A stretch of DNA of 64,000 nt from Chloroflexota bacterium (GTDB lineage: Bacteria > Chloroflexota > Dehalococcoidia > Dehalococcoidales > UBA2162), in NCBI GenBank assembly GCA_043812795.1, contig JBDRLU010000038.1:2129-66128 (forward strand), given 5' to 3'. Below the pieces are notes generated by a model that searched no databases, was not told where the DNA came from, and saw nothing but the letters and a program-made list of their open reading frames with translations. This document shows, in pieces, positions 28,693 to 38,752 of the stretch. Each line of letters opens with the position of its first letter. The first letter of the stretch is position 1. The translations under genes were made by a program, and so were the position numbers.

Positions 28693-28773
28693 CCCCCTGC
28701 CCCCTCCTCCTTCTCAAAAGGAGAAGGGGGAAAGTATCTATGGAAGAGGGGCTTCGCCCCTCTTAAACACCCC
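28687..28773. repeat. Purine/pyrimidine-rich palindromic repeat
   Basis: CCTCATCCCCCTGCCCCCTCCTCCTTCTCAAAAGGAGAAGGGGG ... AAGAGGGGCTTCGCCCCTCTTAAACACCCC. Confidence 0.8.
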
Positions 28774-28775
28774 GT

Positions 28776-28978
28776 TTAGTGACTATGCCCCAGACCTACG
28801 GGTTTCTCCGGGTCTAACCACCCTGAGTTTACATACTCTTCTCTTCCATCATCAAAGCGAACAAAATATTCGGCTTGGTTGGTCCATAGCTAATAACAGT
28901 ACCCTTGCGGTCTCTAAATGAGGCTTTCTTGCCGTTTCCCTTCACTCGGTCACCCGAGTTAAATTTCCGCCTACCCAA
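28776..28978 (-). pseudogene. Frameshifted small SH3/KOW/Tudor-like protein gene
   Basis: AAGGAG SD 6 nt before TTG 28978. Frame 1: MGRRKFNSGDRVKGNGKKASFRDRKGTVISYGPTK; the -1 frame continues AEYFVRFDDGREEYVNSGWLDPEKPVGLGHSH-stop. Span 203 nt, one base short of 68 codons. Confidence 0.6.
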
Positions 28979-29005
28979 AACCGTCTCCTTACCGGAAGTG
29001 TTCTT

Positions 29006-29088
29006 GGGGAGGGGCGAAACCCCTCTCTTATCTTTCTCCTCTTTCTCCCCCTTCCCTTAACCAAGGGAAGGGGGCAGGGGGATAGGTT
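29006..29088. repeat. Purine/pyrimidine-rich palindromic repeat
   Basis: GAGGGGCGAAACCCCTC and CCCCCTTCCCTTAACCAAGGGAAGGGGGCAGGGGGATAGG. Confidence 0.8.
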
Positions 29089-29092
29089 ACCT

Positions 29093-30238
29093 TTATAATA
29101 CCACCAGGTTATTACGGTGGATGACCTCGGAGCCGTAATCGTAGCCGAGGGTGGTGGCTATCTTTTTGGAGTGTGCCCCTTTAATAGCGGCGATATCGGC
29201 GGAGGCATAGTTGGTCAGCCCACAGCCTAAACGGGAACCTTCCGGGTCATAAACATCGACGATGTCCCCGCGCCCGAAATTACCCTTTACCTGCACCACT
29301 CCGGCCGCCAGCAAACTGCGGTTTTGTTTCTTCAGAGCTAAGGCCGCGCCGGCATCGACCACCAGTTTGCCTTTGGTGGCCAGCCCACTCAGCATCCAGC
29401 GCTGGCGGCTCTCCAGTCTACTTGCCGGCAGAAAACGCGTGCCGATTGACTCGCCCGCCGCCAGCCGCAGCATGACATCAGGCTCCTGCCCGCTGGCAAT
29501 GACGACGGTAATCCCGCAGTCTGTCGCCATTTTCGCCGCCTCAATCTTGGTAATCATCCCGCCGGTGCCAAGATTACCGGCCGTATCGCTCACCCGGTTT
29601 TCAATCTCGGGGGTTATCCGTTCTATTTGCGGGATGAGGCGGGCATCGGGGTAGCGGTGGGGGTCGACCGTGTACAGCCCGGCAATATCGGTGAGAATGA
29701 GCAATAAGTCAGCGTCAACGAGGTTCGCCACCATCGCCGAGAGGTTATCGTTATCGCCGAACCTCAATTCTTGAAGTTCGTCCACAGCCACCACATCGTT
29801 CTCATTGACGATACAGATGACTTTTAGTTCCAGTAAGGCGAGCAGTGTATTGCGGGCGTTCAGATAGCCAGCGCGGTCGGTGAGGTCGGCCCTGGTCAAG
29901 AGGGCCTGGGCCACGGTAATATCGTGCTGGTCGAACAGCTCCTCGTAAATATTCATCAGCCGGCTCTGCCCGACCGAAGCCAGCACCTGCTTATAGGGAA
30001 TACCGTTCATCTTTTTGGTCAGGCCGAGTTTATGACGGCCGGCGGCAATGGCACCGGAAGACACGATAAGCACTTCCATCCCCTGCTCGTGAAGCCTGGC
30101 TACCTGGTCGGCCAGGCCACGCATGGCCTCATGGTGCAGGTGGTCGCTGCCGTTGGTCAGCAGGCTGGTACCAAGCTTGACCACTACCCGGCGGTAGGGC
30201 AGTTTGCAGGTTGATTTTGCATCGCTCGCTTTATCCAT
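29093..30238 (-). CDS. proB: Glutamate 5-kinase with PUA domain
   Basis: [42 protein letters not shown]-terminal PUA ending EVIHRNNLV. Confidence 0.98.
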   Translation of the reverse strand: MDKASDAKSTCKLPYRRVVVKLGTSLLTNGSDHLHHEAMRGLADQVARLHEQGMEVLIVSSGAIAAGRHKLGLTKKMNGIPYKQVLASVGQSRLMNIYEELFDQHDITVAQALLTRADLTDRAGYLNARNTLLALLELKVICIVNENDVVAVDELQELRFGDNDNLSAMVANLVDADLLLILTDIAGLYTVDPHRYPDARLIPQIERITPEIENRVSDTAGNLGTGGMITKIEAAKMATDCGITVVIASGQEPDVMLRLAAGESIGTRFLPASRLESRQRWMLSGLATKGKLVVDAGAALALKKQNRSLLAAGVVQVKGNFGRGDIVDVYDPEGSRLGCGLTNYASADIAAIKGAHSKKIATTLGYDYGSEVIHRNNLVVL

Positions 30239-30316
30239 TTTCGTTTCGGGTTCATTATAGCAAGCTCAGGCAAGTTGGACAATGAGCCATCCGTATATGT
30301 TATGATAGCGGACAAG

Positions 30317-31480
30317 ATGAACACCTCAGGGCAACGGGTCCTGGCGATTAACTTTGTTATCACGTTTCTTGGTTTTCTCGATACCCACTTGCTCATTCCG
30401 GTCCTGGCACTATATGCGGCCGGCATTAACACGAGTATCGGTATCACCGGGCTGATTATCGGTCTCTATTCTTTGACCAATACTCCGGCCAATATCATCT
30501 TTGGCCGCTTAATGGACCGCGTGGGTTACAAAATTCCACTCACTATCGGGCTGATTGGTGATGCGCTGAGTATGTTCCTCTATACTTTATGTCGATTGCC
30601 GGTACAACTGGCACTACTACGGTTAGTCCATGGCACCAGCGGCGGCCTTATCGGCCCGGCGACGATGTTAATTACCGCCCAATACAGTGACCCGCAGCAG
30701 AAAGGCAGGGCGATGGGGTTCTATGGTATGTCTATTGCCGCCACGACTCTCGTCGGCTACGGACTGAGCGGATTGATTGCCTCTCGGCTAGGCTATAACG
30801 CTATTTTTTTGTTCGGTGCCGGTCTGCTCACCTTCGGGGCCGTACTCAGCCTGTTCCTCCCGGGTAGCCCAAAAAGAGCGGCTCCGACTCCAAAAACCCC
30901 GTTAGGTGATGGTTTTAGACTGGCCCGTAGCCTGGTCAAACGAAAGGGACTGACTTTCGCCTATAGCTCGATTTTCGCCCAGTATTTTAGTTTTGGCGGC
31001 GTGGTGACGCTGCTCCCTCTCTATGTCAAGAGCCTGGGAATGGGGGCTTTTCAAGTGGGAATGTTGCTGGCTATCTTTGCTCTTGCCTTTGTCATTACTC
31101 AGTTCCCCGGCGGCCCCCTCTCCGACAGAATCGGACGGCGCCTCCCCAGCCTCTCCGGTCTGGGCCTCGGTATAATTTCGTTGGTTTTGTTACCCACAAT
31201 GACAACTTTTCCCCTGCTGGCCGTGACCATGGCATTTTATGGTATCGCCTACGGCATCCTTTTCCCACCGGTTTCAGCTTTAGTTACCGACCATACGGTC
31301 TCGGAAGAACGCGGCATGGCTACCGGTATCTTCCACGCTCTGCTGACTGCTGGAGTAGCCATCGGGGCGCCGGTGATGGGTGGAATGGGCGAAGTAGTGG
31401 GAGTAAAGTTTGGGCTGGCGTTGAGTTCTATCGCCATGTTCCTGGCTCTGATCATCGGGCTGAAGACTTTATACCGATAA
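30317..31480 (+). CDS. MFS transporter
   Basis: About 12 hydrophobic segments; GRLMDRVG and GPLSDRIGRR motif A; probable start ATG 30317. Confidence 0.9.
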   Translation: MNTSGQRVLAINFVITFLGFLDTHLLIPVLALYAAGINTSIGITGLIIGLYSLTNTPANIIFGRLMDRVGYKIPLTIGLIGDALSMFLYTLCRLPVQLALLRLVHGTSGGLIGPATMLITAQYSDPQQKGRAMGFYGMSIAATTLVGYGLSGLIASRLGYNAIFLFGAGLLTFGAVLSLFLPGSPKRAAPTPKTPLGDGFRLARSLVKRKGLTFAYSSIFAQYFSFGGVVTLLPLYVKSLGMGAFQVGMLLAIFALAFVITQFPGGPLSDRIGRRLPSLSGLGLGIISLVLLPTMTTFPLLAVTMAFYGIAYGILFPPVSALVTDHTVSEERGMATGIFHALLTAGVAIGAPVMGGMGEVVGVKFGLALSSIAMFLALIIGLKTLYR

Positions 31481-31570
31481 ACTACCAGACACCCAAAACT
31501 TGTTGAGCACTCTGCCTCCATGTTAAAATTAATCTAAAGGGCTAGTCCGCAGGGCTAGCCCTAGTGGTGT

Positions 31571-34500
31571 TTGGTAAAAATGCTGAATCTGGCACAACTA
31601 TTAAGTCTTATCGAGAACCTGCCCGCCTACCGCCGGCTGGTCGAGGCACTGGTGCGAACAGACGACAGTCTGAAAATATCTATCCTTGAGGCGGCTAAAC
31701 CTTACCTTATCGGCGCTCTATCTAGTCAATTGCAGCGGCCCATACTGCTGGTGACAGCCAGACCGGAAACCAGCCGCAAGCTCTACGAGCAACTGGTGAC
31801 CTGGGGCAATTCCGGTGAAATAAAACTATTCCCGGAACCCGATGTTTTGCCTTATGAGCAAATTACCGCCGACAACTCGACTCAAGTGGAAAGACTGCAG
31901 GTACTAGCGGCGTTAGCCAGCCTGCAGAAAGACAGTCGTACCTTCCCTTTGATTGTCACCTCAGCCCCGGCTTTGATGGAAAAGACCATTGCCCATGACG
32001 AATTCGTCGCTAACAGCCAGACCATCACCGGCGGCATGGAAGCCGAGCCGTTCCAACTACTGGCGAAATGGCAAGCTCTCGGTTATAAGCTGGAAAGCCT
32101 GGCGGAAATACCGGGCACGATGAGCCATCGCGGTGGTATCATTGATATTTATCCGCCGACCAGCGACCTGCCCGTCAGGCTGGAGTTTTTCGGCAATACC
32201 GTGGAGAGCATCCGTCTCTTCGACCCGGCCAACCAGCGCTCAGTCAGAGCTGTCCCGTCCATCACCATTGCCCCGGTGACGGAAGGGTCTTCGCGTCAGG
32301 ACAGTTTTTTGAATTATCTGCCTCCAAACGGTCTGCTCATCCTCGATGAGCCGGCGCTGATAAAACAGGCCGTAGATGACCTCGACGTCAAAGCCAGTGA
32401 ACTGCGTTCGGAGAAGCAGCTTCCGAAAGAAACACCACGGCCTTATTTCAACTGGGCTGAACTGGAGACAGAGATACAGAGCAGGCAGCGTTTAACGCTG
32501 ACAGCCTGGGATATCGATGAAGCCGGGCCAGTCGATAAACTGGACTTTACCGCGGCGCCCAGCTATGCTGGACAGTTGCCGTTATTCGTCAGAAAAGTTA
32601 AAGAGCTCTTAGACCGTAAGGAGCGCGTTATCCTTGTCAGCCACCAGTCCCGCCGCCTGGCCGAGCTTCTCGAGGCCGAGGGGATGATTGCTCCACCCCT
32701 CGACGAAGTCAAGCAGGTGCCCCCGCCCGGCTCGCTGACACTGGTACAGGGCCTCCTTGCCGAAGGCTGGGTGATGGGCCACACTTATTTGCTCACCGAT
32801 GCCGAAATCTTCGGTTTTGTGAAACAGCAGCGACTGCTCAAGAAACATCCGGTACCCCATCATAAGCTCTATATCGATTTTATTCCGGGCGACTACGTGG
32901 TGCATATTGAGCACGGTATTGCCCGGCTGGCTGGCGTGACCACGCTGACCGCCGCCACCGGTGAAAAAGAGTACCTGGTGCTGGAGTACGCTGCCGGTGA
33001 CAAGCTCTATGTCCCAACGGACCAGATTGACCGGGTCACCCGCTATATCGGCGCCACCGACCAGCCGCCGGTGTTGAGCCGGCTGGGGACACAGGAATGG
33101 ACAAGGACCAAGCAACGGGTCAAGGAATCGGTCGAGATTGTGGCGAAAGAGTTGCTCGCCCTTTATGCCGCCCGCGAGGTAGTGCCCGGCTTTGCCTTTT
33201 CGCCCGATACCGTCTGGCAGCAGGAGATGGAAAGCTCCTTTCCTTATGTGGAAACTCCCGACCAGCTGGAGGCCGTCAACCGCGTCAAAACCGATATGGA
33301 AAAGAAGAAGCCGATGGACCGGCTCGTCTGCGGGGACGTTGGCTACGGCAAGACCGAAGTCGCCCTCCGCGCCGCTTTCAAGGCGGTGATGGACGGCAAG
33401 CAGGTGGCCATGCTGGTACCGACGACAGTGTTGGCCGAGCAGCATTACACCACCTTCTGCGAAAGGACGAGTGCCTTTCCCATGAAAATCGAGGTGTTGA
33501 GCCGTTTCCGTACGTCCGGAGAGCAGCGGATTATCCTCGAAGGACTGGCCAGCGGGGGCGTGGATATCTGCATCGGCACGCACCGGCTGCTGCAAAAAGA
33601 CGTGGCCTTCAAAGACCTCGGCCTGTTGATTATCGATGAAGAGCAGCGCTTCGGCGTGAAGCACAAGGAATACCTGAAACAGAAACGGCAGGAAGTCGAT
33701 GTGCTGACATTGAGTGCCACCCCCATCCCCCGCACCCTGCACATGTCGCTGGTGGGAGTGAGGGACATGAGCGTGATGGAAACGCCACCGGAAGAACGCC
33801 TGCCGGTGAAGACTTACGTGGCCGGTTACGACGACCGCCTCGTCCGCGAGGCCATTATCCGCGAGCTGGAACGTAACGGCCAGGTCTTCTTCTTGCATAA
33901 CCGCGTCCAGAGTATCGCCTACGTCGCCGGAAAGTTACAGGCCCTCGTGCCTGAAGCCAGAATCGCCATCGGCCACGGCCAGATGCCGGAAGATAAACTG
34001 GAAAGGGTAATGACCGAATTCGCCCAGGGCAAACAGGACGTGCTGGTCTGTACCACTATCGTCGAGTCCGGGCTGGACATGCCCAACGTGAACACACTCA
34101 TCGTTAATCAGGCCGACAAGTTCGGGCTGACCCAGCTTTACCAGTTGCGGGGACGGGTGGGGCGGGGCACCAATCTGGCCTACGCCTACTTCCTTTACGA
34201 GAAAGGCAAAATGCTCACACCCACCGCCGAAAAAAGATTACGGACTATCTTCGAAGCCACCGAGCTTGGCGCCGGCTTCGGTATCGCCATGAAAGACCTC
34301 GAAATCAGAGGTGCCGGTACTTTGCTCGGCGTGCACCAGAGCGGCCATATCACCGCCGTCGGCTTCAATCTGTACACCCAGTTACTGGCCCGGGCCGTGG
34401 AAGAACTAAAAGCACGGCAAAGCGGTAAGTCCCTAGAAGAGATAAAAATCGCCCACCTGCCACCACCCACCATTGACCTCCCCCTGCCCGCCTATATCCC

Positions 34501-34879
34501 GGAAGACTACGTTACCGACCTCGATACCCGGCTCGGCCTCTACCAGAAGATGGCCAGGCTGGACAAAGTTGAGCAGACCGAGACTCTATTACAGGAATTC
34601 AACGACCGCTTCGGCACTCCGCCGCGAGAAGTCAAGAACCTGCTCTATGCCATCAAGATTAAGCTGCTGGCGGCGAAAGCCGGCATTGCCTCCGTCGCCA
34701 CCGAAGAAGGCGAAATTATCTTACGCCTCATCGAAGGCATGCGCTTCGACACTAAGAAACTCGCCTCCTCAGTCAGAGACGGCATTAAAATCGACGCTCT
34801 CGGCATCCGCCTCCACCCCAAACGCCTTGGCGACAAATGGCCGGCAGTGCTGGAGGACGTGGTGAGGCGGGTGGGGTGA
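31571..34879 (+). CDS. mfd: Transcription-repair coupling factor
   Basis: RGGIIDIY, GDYVVHIEHG, CGDVGYGKTE, DEEQRFG, SATPIPRT, QLRGRVGR, DLEIRGAG; start may be ATG 31580. Confidence 0.98.
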   Translation: MVKMLNLAQLLSLIENLPAYRRLVEALVRTDDSLKISILEAAKPYLIGALSSQLQRPILLVTARPETSRKLYEQLVTWGNSGEIKLFPEPDVLPYEQITADNSTQVERLQVLAALASLQKDSRTFPLIVTSAPALMEKTIAHDEFVANSQTITGGMEAEPFQLLAKWQALGYKLESLAEIPGTMSHRGGIIDIYPPTSDLPVRLEFFGNTVESIRLFDPANQRSVRAVPSITIAPVTEGSSRQDSFLNYLPPNGLLILDEPALIKQAVDDLDVKASELRSEKQLPKETPRPYFNWAELETEIQSRQRLTLTAWDIDEAGPVDKLDFTAAPSYAGQLPLFVRKVKELLDRKERVILVSHQSRRLAELLEAEGMIAPPLDEVKQVPPPGSLTLVQGLLAEGWVMGHTYLLTDAEIFGFVKQQRLLKKHPVPHHKLYIDFIPGDYVVHIEHGIARLAGVTTLTAATGEKEYLVLEYAAGDKLYVPTDQIDRVTRYIGATDQPPVLSRLGTQEWTRTKQRVKESVEIVAKELLALYAAREVVPGFAFSPDTVWQQEMESSFPYVETPDQLEAVNRVKTDMEKKKPMDRLVCGDVGYGKTEVALRAAFKAVMDGKQVAMLVPTTVLAEQHYTTFCERTSAFPMKIEVLSRFRTSGEQRIILEGLASGGVDICIGTHRLLQKDVAFKDLGLLIIDEEQRFGVKHKEYLKQKRQEVDVLTLSATPIPRTLHMSLVGVRDMSVMETPPEERLPVKTYVAGYDDRLVREAIIRELERNGQVFFLHNRVQSIAYVAGKLQALVPEARIAIGHGQMPEDKLERVMTEFAQGKQDVLVCTTIVESGLDMPNVNTLIVNQADKFGLTQLYQLRGRVGRGTNLAYAYFLYEKGKMLTPTAEKRLRTIFEATELGAGFGIAMKDLEIRGAGTLLGVHQSGHITAVGFNLYTQLLARAVEELKARQSGKSLEEIKIAHLPPPTIDLPLPAYIPEDYVTDLDTRLGLYQKMARLDKVEQTETLLQEFNDRFGTPPREVKNLLYAIKIKLLAAKAGIASVATEEGEIILRLIEGMRFDTKKLASSVRDGIKIDALGIRLHPKRLGDKWPAVLEDVVRRVG

Positions 34880-34976
34880 GTTTCTCTAAATCCCTCTTGC
34901 CAACTTACTCCCCTTATAATATCCTGATAGTAGGTCCACCTCGGTTTGGTCATTATCGGTCAAAGAGGAGGGTGCT

Positions 34977-35474
34977 ATGGAGAGAAGGCTTTACCGCAGT
35001 CGTACCGACCGCATGATATGGGGGGTGTGCGGCGGACTGGCTAGTTATTTCAGTATTGACCCCGTTCTCGTCAGGCTGATTTTTGTTTTGCTGATATTTG
35101 CCAATGGTATCGGCATTATCGCTTATATTATCTTGGCTATTATCGTACCGCTGGAGGGCTCACAGGCAGTCCAGCCGAAGGATGTGGTCAAGGAAAACAT
35201 CGAAGAAATAAAAGAATCGGGTGTTCAGATGGGACAGGAAATCCGTTCCACTTTCGGCGGCGAGAGTACACCCAAAGAGCCACCCCAACCACCCGAACCC
35301 GCCCGGCACAATGCAGCCGGCGTCGCGGTCATCGGCGCTGTCCTCATTATTATCGGCGCCTTTTTCCTGCTCTCCAATATGCTTAACTTCTGGTGGCTGA
35401 ACTGGGGCTATCTCTGGCCGCTCATCCTGGTCGCGATTGGCCTGCTGATAATAGTAACCATCCGGAGACGATAA
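34977..35474 (+). CDS. PspC-domain membrane protein
   Basis: RRLYRSRTDRMIWGVCGGLA.YF.IDP.LVRL; C-terminal LiaI/LiaF-like TM (LWPLILVAIG). Confidence 0.9.
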   Translation: MERRLYRSRTDRMIWGVCGGLASYFSIDPVLVRLIFVLLIFANGIGIIAYIILAIIVPLEGSQAVQPKDVVKENIEEIKESGVQMGQEIRSTFGGESTPKEPPQPPEPARHNAAGVAVIGAVLIIIGAFFLLSNMLNFWWLNWGYLWPLILVAIGLLIIVTIRRR

Positions 35475-35475
35475 T

Positions 35476-36381
35476 ATGCCCCAGGAACGAGAGCACAGCT
35501 TAGGCATTCCGGTCGGCGGCATCGTCCTTCTTTTCCTGGGCGTCGTTTTCCTGCTCCAGACCCTGCATGTTATCCCGTGGGGACTGTGGGGCACGCTCTG
35601 GCGCTACTGGCCGGTCGTCCTCATTATCGTCGGCCTGAGTATCTTACTCCGCCACCACAACATCTGGCTGGTCAGCCTGCTCATCCTGGCCATCCTTTTT
35701 GCCACCGTCGGTCTTGCCTACTGGCAATATCACCCGGGGAACCTGAGCGGAGACGTCAAACTCATTGCTACGGAGCCGCTTGACGGTATCGGGCAGGCGC
35801 AGGTCAATATGGACTTTAAGGTGGGTAGCCTGACTGTTGCCAGCCTACCCAGCACCTCCCCCAATCTCGTCGAGGTGGACTCCAATGTTAACGGCAACCG
35901 GGGAATGGCCATGCACCTAAGTCGTGATGGCGATGAAGCTACTCTTTCCCTGAGTAAGACCGAAGTCGACGAGCAATTCGGTAATGGAAGCGGAGAAAAA
36001 TGGCAGGCAAAGTTTAATCGTAGCACCCCATTGACCATGAAAGTGGACGCGGCCGTGGGGAAGGGTACCTTCGACCTGGGCCAGCTTCAAGTTCCCGACC
36101 TCAACATGGACCTGGACGTCGGCGACTACAACGTAACCATGCCCCACCCGTCCGGCACCGCCACGGCCTTCATCAAGGTCAATTTGTCCAACCTGAAGAT
36201 AACAATTCCGGAAAATGTTGCCGTCCGGATAAAGGCGAAGATGAGCCTCGGCGGCCTCACGGTGGACGAGCAACGTTTTCCCAAGAGCGGCGACTACTAT
36301 GTATCGCCCAACTATGCCACTGCCCTGAACCGGCTTGATATGGAAATAGACAGTTCTCTCAGTCGCGTCCAGATAGAATAA
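35476..36381 (+). CDS. LiaF/DUF5668-type membrane protein with beta-solenoid (toast-rack-like) C-domain
   Basis: N-terminal TMs with YWPVVLIIVG; C-terminal repetitive beta strands; follows pspC. Confidence 0.75.
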   Translation: MPQEREHSLGIPVGGIVLLFLGVVFLLQTLHVIPWGLWGTLWRYWPVVLIIVGLSILLRHHNIWLVSLLILAILFATVGLAYWQYHPGNLSGDVKLIATEPLDGIGQAQVNMDFKVGSLTVASLPSTSPNLVEVDSNVNGNRGMAMHLSRDGDEATLSLSKTEVDEQFGNGSGEKWQAKFNRSTPLTMKVDAAVGKGTFDLGQLQVPDLNMDLDVGDYNVTMPHPSGTATAFIKVNLSNLKITIPENVAVRIKAKMSLGGLTVDEQRFPKSGDYYVSPNYATALNRLDMEIDSSLSRVQIE

Positions 36382-36413
36382 CAAACATACCGCTAACAAT
36401 GTCTCGTGCTGAA

Positions 36414-36476
36414 TGTCATTCTGAACTTGATTCAGAATCCAGATACTGCTGGATTCCAGCCTTCGCTGGAATGACA
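36414..36476. repeat. TGTC-type REP-like inverted doublet
   Basis: TGTCATTCTGAACTTGATTCAGAATCCAG ... CTGGATTCCAGCCTTCGCTGGAATGACA. Confidence 0.85.
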
Positions 36477-36623
36477 ATGGGAGCAACTTCTCGAATTATT
36501 AGAAGAGGCGCTTCTTCATCAGCGTAATTGAAGAATGTCCGCCCAGAGAGTAAAATACGGTTGAACACGAGGCCGTGAAAATCAAATCGCTAGCGACTCC
36601 ACTTCGAATTGGAGGGCAGGCTA

Positions 36624-37721
36624 ATGAGTGTTAACATCGGCATCATCGGACTGGCCCAAAGCGGCCGTACCACTGTTTTCAATGCCCTGACCAGAGGTAC
36701 CGCCGACCCCCAAAAACATGGCGAAGGCCCGCGCCTCGGGACGGCCAAGGTACCCGAACCACGTCTACAGGTACTCACCGATATGCTCCATCCCAAGAAA
36801 GTAACGCCGGCCTCGGTGACTTACCTCGATGTCGGTGCCTCGGTCAAAGAACTCGTCCAGCAGAAAGAGACCGGCGGCCGCCTGCTGGCACAACTGGCTG
36901 ATATGGACGCCCTCATCAATGTGGTGCGCGCTTTTAAGGACGATAGCATCCCTCATATCGAGGGCACTCTGGATGTGGACCGGGATATTACCAACATGGA
37001 CCTGGAACTGGCTTTCTCCGATATCGCGCTGCTGGAAAAGAGGCTGGAAAGAATCAACACGGCCATGAAAGGAGCCAAGCCATCCGAGCGGCAGACTCTT
37101 GTCCATGAGCAGGAACTGATGGCGAAGATTAAAGGCAATCTGGAAAAAGACGTACCGGTACGCGAGCTTTCCCTGACCGCCGAGGAAGCTAAAATCATGG
37201 CTAACTATCAGTTCCTCACCGACAAACCGGTACTGGTGGCGGTCAATATCGGTGAAGACCAGTTACCCCAGGCCGGTACTCTGGAAGCCGAGTTAAACGC
37301 ACGCTACGCCCAGCCCAAACGCCGCATCCTGACCCTCTGCGGCAAGGTGGAAATGGAGCTCGCCCAATTAGATGAAAACGAAGCTCAAGTCCTCCGTATC
37401 GATTTCGGCATTAACGAGTCCGGTGCCGACCGTATTATCAAACTCTCCGACGAACTGCTGGGACTAATCTCCTTCTTTACGATTGCCTCCGGGGAAGTTA
37501 GAGCCTGGTCAATCCAGCAGGGCACCGATGCCGTCAAAGCCGCTGGCAAGATTCACTCGGATATGGAGCGTGGCTTTATCCGGGCGGAAGTCATCGGCTA
37601 CGACGACCTGGTCAAGTGCGGTAGCATTGCCGAAGCCCGCAAGAAGGGTATATTACGACTCGAAGGCAAGACCTATACCGTCCGGGACGGTGACGTCATT
37701 ACCTTTTTATTCAATGTTTAG
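36624..37721 (+). CDS. ychF: YchF/Ola1 ribosome-associated ATPase (divergent P-loop)
   Basis: C-terminal TGS: LISFFT, EVRAW, AAGKIHSDMERGFIRAEV, RLEGKTYTVRDGDVITFLFNV; start ATG 36624. Confidence 0.93.
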   Translation: MSVNIGIIGLAQSGRTTVFNALTRGTADPQKHGEGPRLGTAKVPEPRLQVLTDMLHPKKVTPASVTYLDVGASVKELVQQKETGGRLLAQLADMDALINVVRAFKDDSIPHIEGTLDVDRDITNMDLELAFSDIALLEKRLERINTAMKGAKPSERQTLVHEQELMAKIKGNLEKDVPVRELSLTAEEAKIMANYQFLTDKPVLVAVNIGEDQLPQAGTLEAELNARYAQPKRRILTLCGKVEMELAQLDENEAQVLRIDFGINESGADRIIKLSDELLGLISFFTIASGEVRAWSIQQGTDAVKAAGKIHSDMERGFIRAEVIGYDDLVKCGSIAEARKKGILRLEGKTYTVRDGDVITFLFNV

Positions 37722-37745
37722 CCGCCGCATAGATAGGCCGACCAA

Positions 37746-38558
37746 CTAAAAAATTCCCAGTGCTTTAAGTAGCAAACGGAAGCCGCCGAGAAGCATCGCC
37801 ACCGCCAGCAGTTGAGCGATAAGCCGACCCCTCGCCCTGCGCGATAATATTGCCCCGATTTGAGCACCCGGTATAGCCAGGGCGGCCACGATAACGGCGG
37901 GCAGTATCAGAACATTGCCGAGGGCCACGTGGAAAATACCACCGGAAAAAGTCGAGATAGCTAAAACAAAATGTGAGGTAGCTGTGGCCACGTGTACCGG
38001 AAAGTCCAAAACGTAAATGAGTGCCGGCACATGGATAATGCCACCACCGATACCCAGCAAGCTGGAAACAATGCCAACTAAAAAGCTGAGGATAATACCT
38101 GTTCCTACCCGTGGACGGTACTTGAAGACTTCACCCCGATAATCGACCAGAGTCCGCGTGTAACTGCCGTCGGGATGCTCTTTCGGGTGCGGCTCTCCGC
38201 GCAGGAAAATAAAAAGAGCTACTGCCACCAGCAGGATGCCGAAAACCAATTCGAGCATCCTGGGAGTAAAATACTCGCTGACCCAGGCACCGAACCAGGC
38301 CCCCGGTAAAGTAGCCACGGCAAATTTCCAGCCGGACCTGATATCTACCCGCCGCTGGCGCAGGTAAGAAATGCTCCCCGAGAGAGCATTAAAGAAGACG
38401 GCCACCAGAGAAGTACCAATGGCTTGCTGGGGAGTAAAATGAAAAAAGATTAGAAAGATGGGGACAAAAAAGATGCCGCCGCCAATGCCAATCATGGTAC
38501 CGAAAGTACCGGCAAAAAAGCCCAGCGCGGCCAGCACGGCGATTTCAATTCCAGACAA
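37746..38558 (-). CDS. Sulfite exporter TauE/SafE family protein
   Basis: Two GIGGG repeats, AIGTSL, ATATSHF. Confidence 0.9.
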   Translation of the reverse strand: MSGIEIAVLAALGFFAGTFGTMIGIGGGIFFVPIFLIFFHFTPQQAIGTSLVAVFFNALSGSISYLRQRRVDIRSGWKFAVATLPGAWFGAWVSEYFTPRMLELVFGILLVAVALFIFLRGEPHPKEHPDGSYTRTLVDYRGEVFKYRPRVGTGIILSFLVGIVSSLLGIGGGIIHVPALIYVLDFPVHVATATSHFVLAISTFSGGIFHVALGNVLILPAVIVAALAIPGAQIGAILSRRARGRLIAQLLAVAMLLGGFRLLLKALGIF

Positions 38559-38679
38559 AGTCTAGTCTCCTTTTTGTTGGGTTATCGTGAAAAACGTATC
38601 TATTCTAATGCGGCGTATCAAGCAGCGCAAATCGAAATTGAAAAGTGTGGTCGCTTACTGCTAATATATCAGTTAACGC

Positions 38680-38752
38680 GGGGCCGTAGTTCAGTTGGGA
38701 GAACGCCTCATTTGCATTGAGGAGGTAAGGGGTTCGAATCCCCTCGGCTCCA
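38680..38752 (+). tRNA. tRNA-Ala (TGC)
   Basis: Acceptor GGGGCCG/CGGCTCC with G3:U70, D-arm TAGTTCAGTTGGGAGAAC, anticodon arm CCTCA-TTTGCAT-TGAGG, T-arm AGGGGTTCGAATCCCCT; CCA not encoded. Confidence 0.97.

Noticed and set aside
32609-33898. 429-aa minus-strand ORF
   Set aside because: Antisense shadow of the conserved GC-rich mfd helicase core; typical codon-bias artefact
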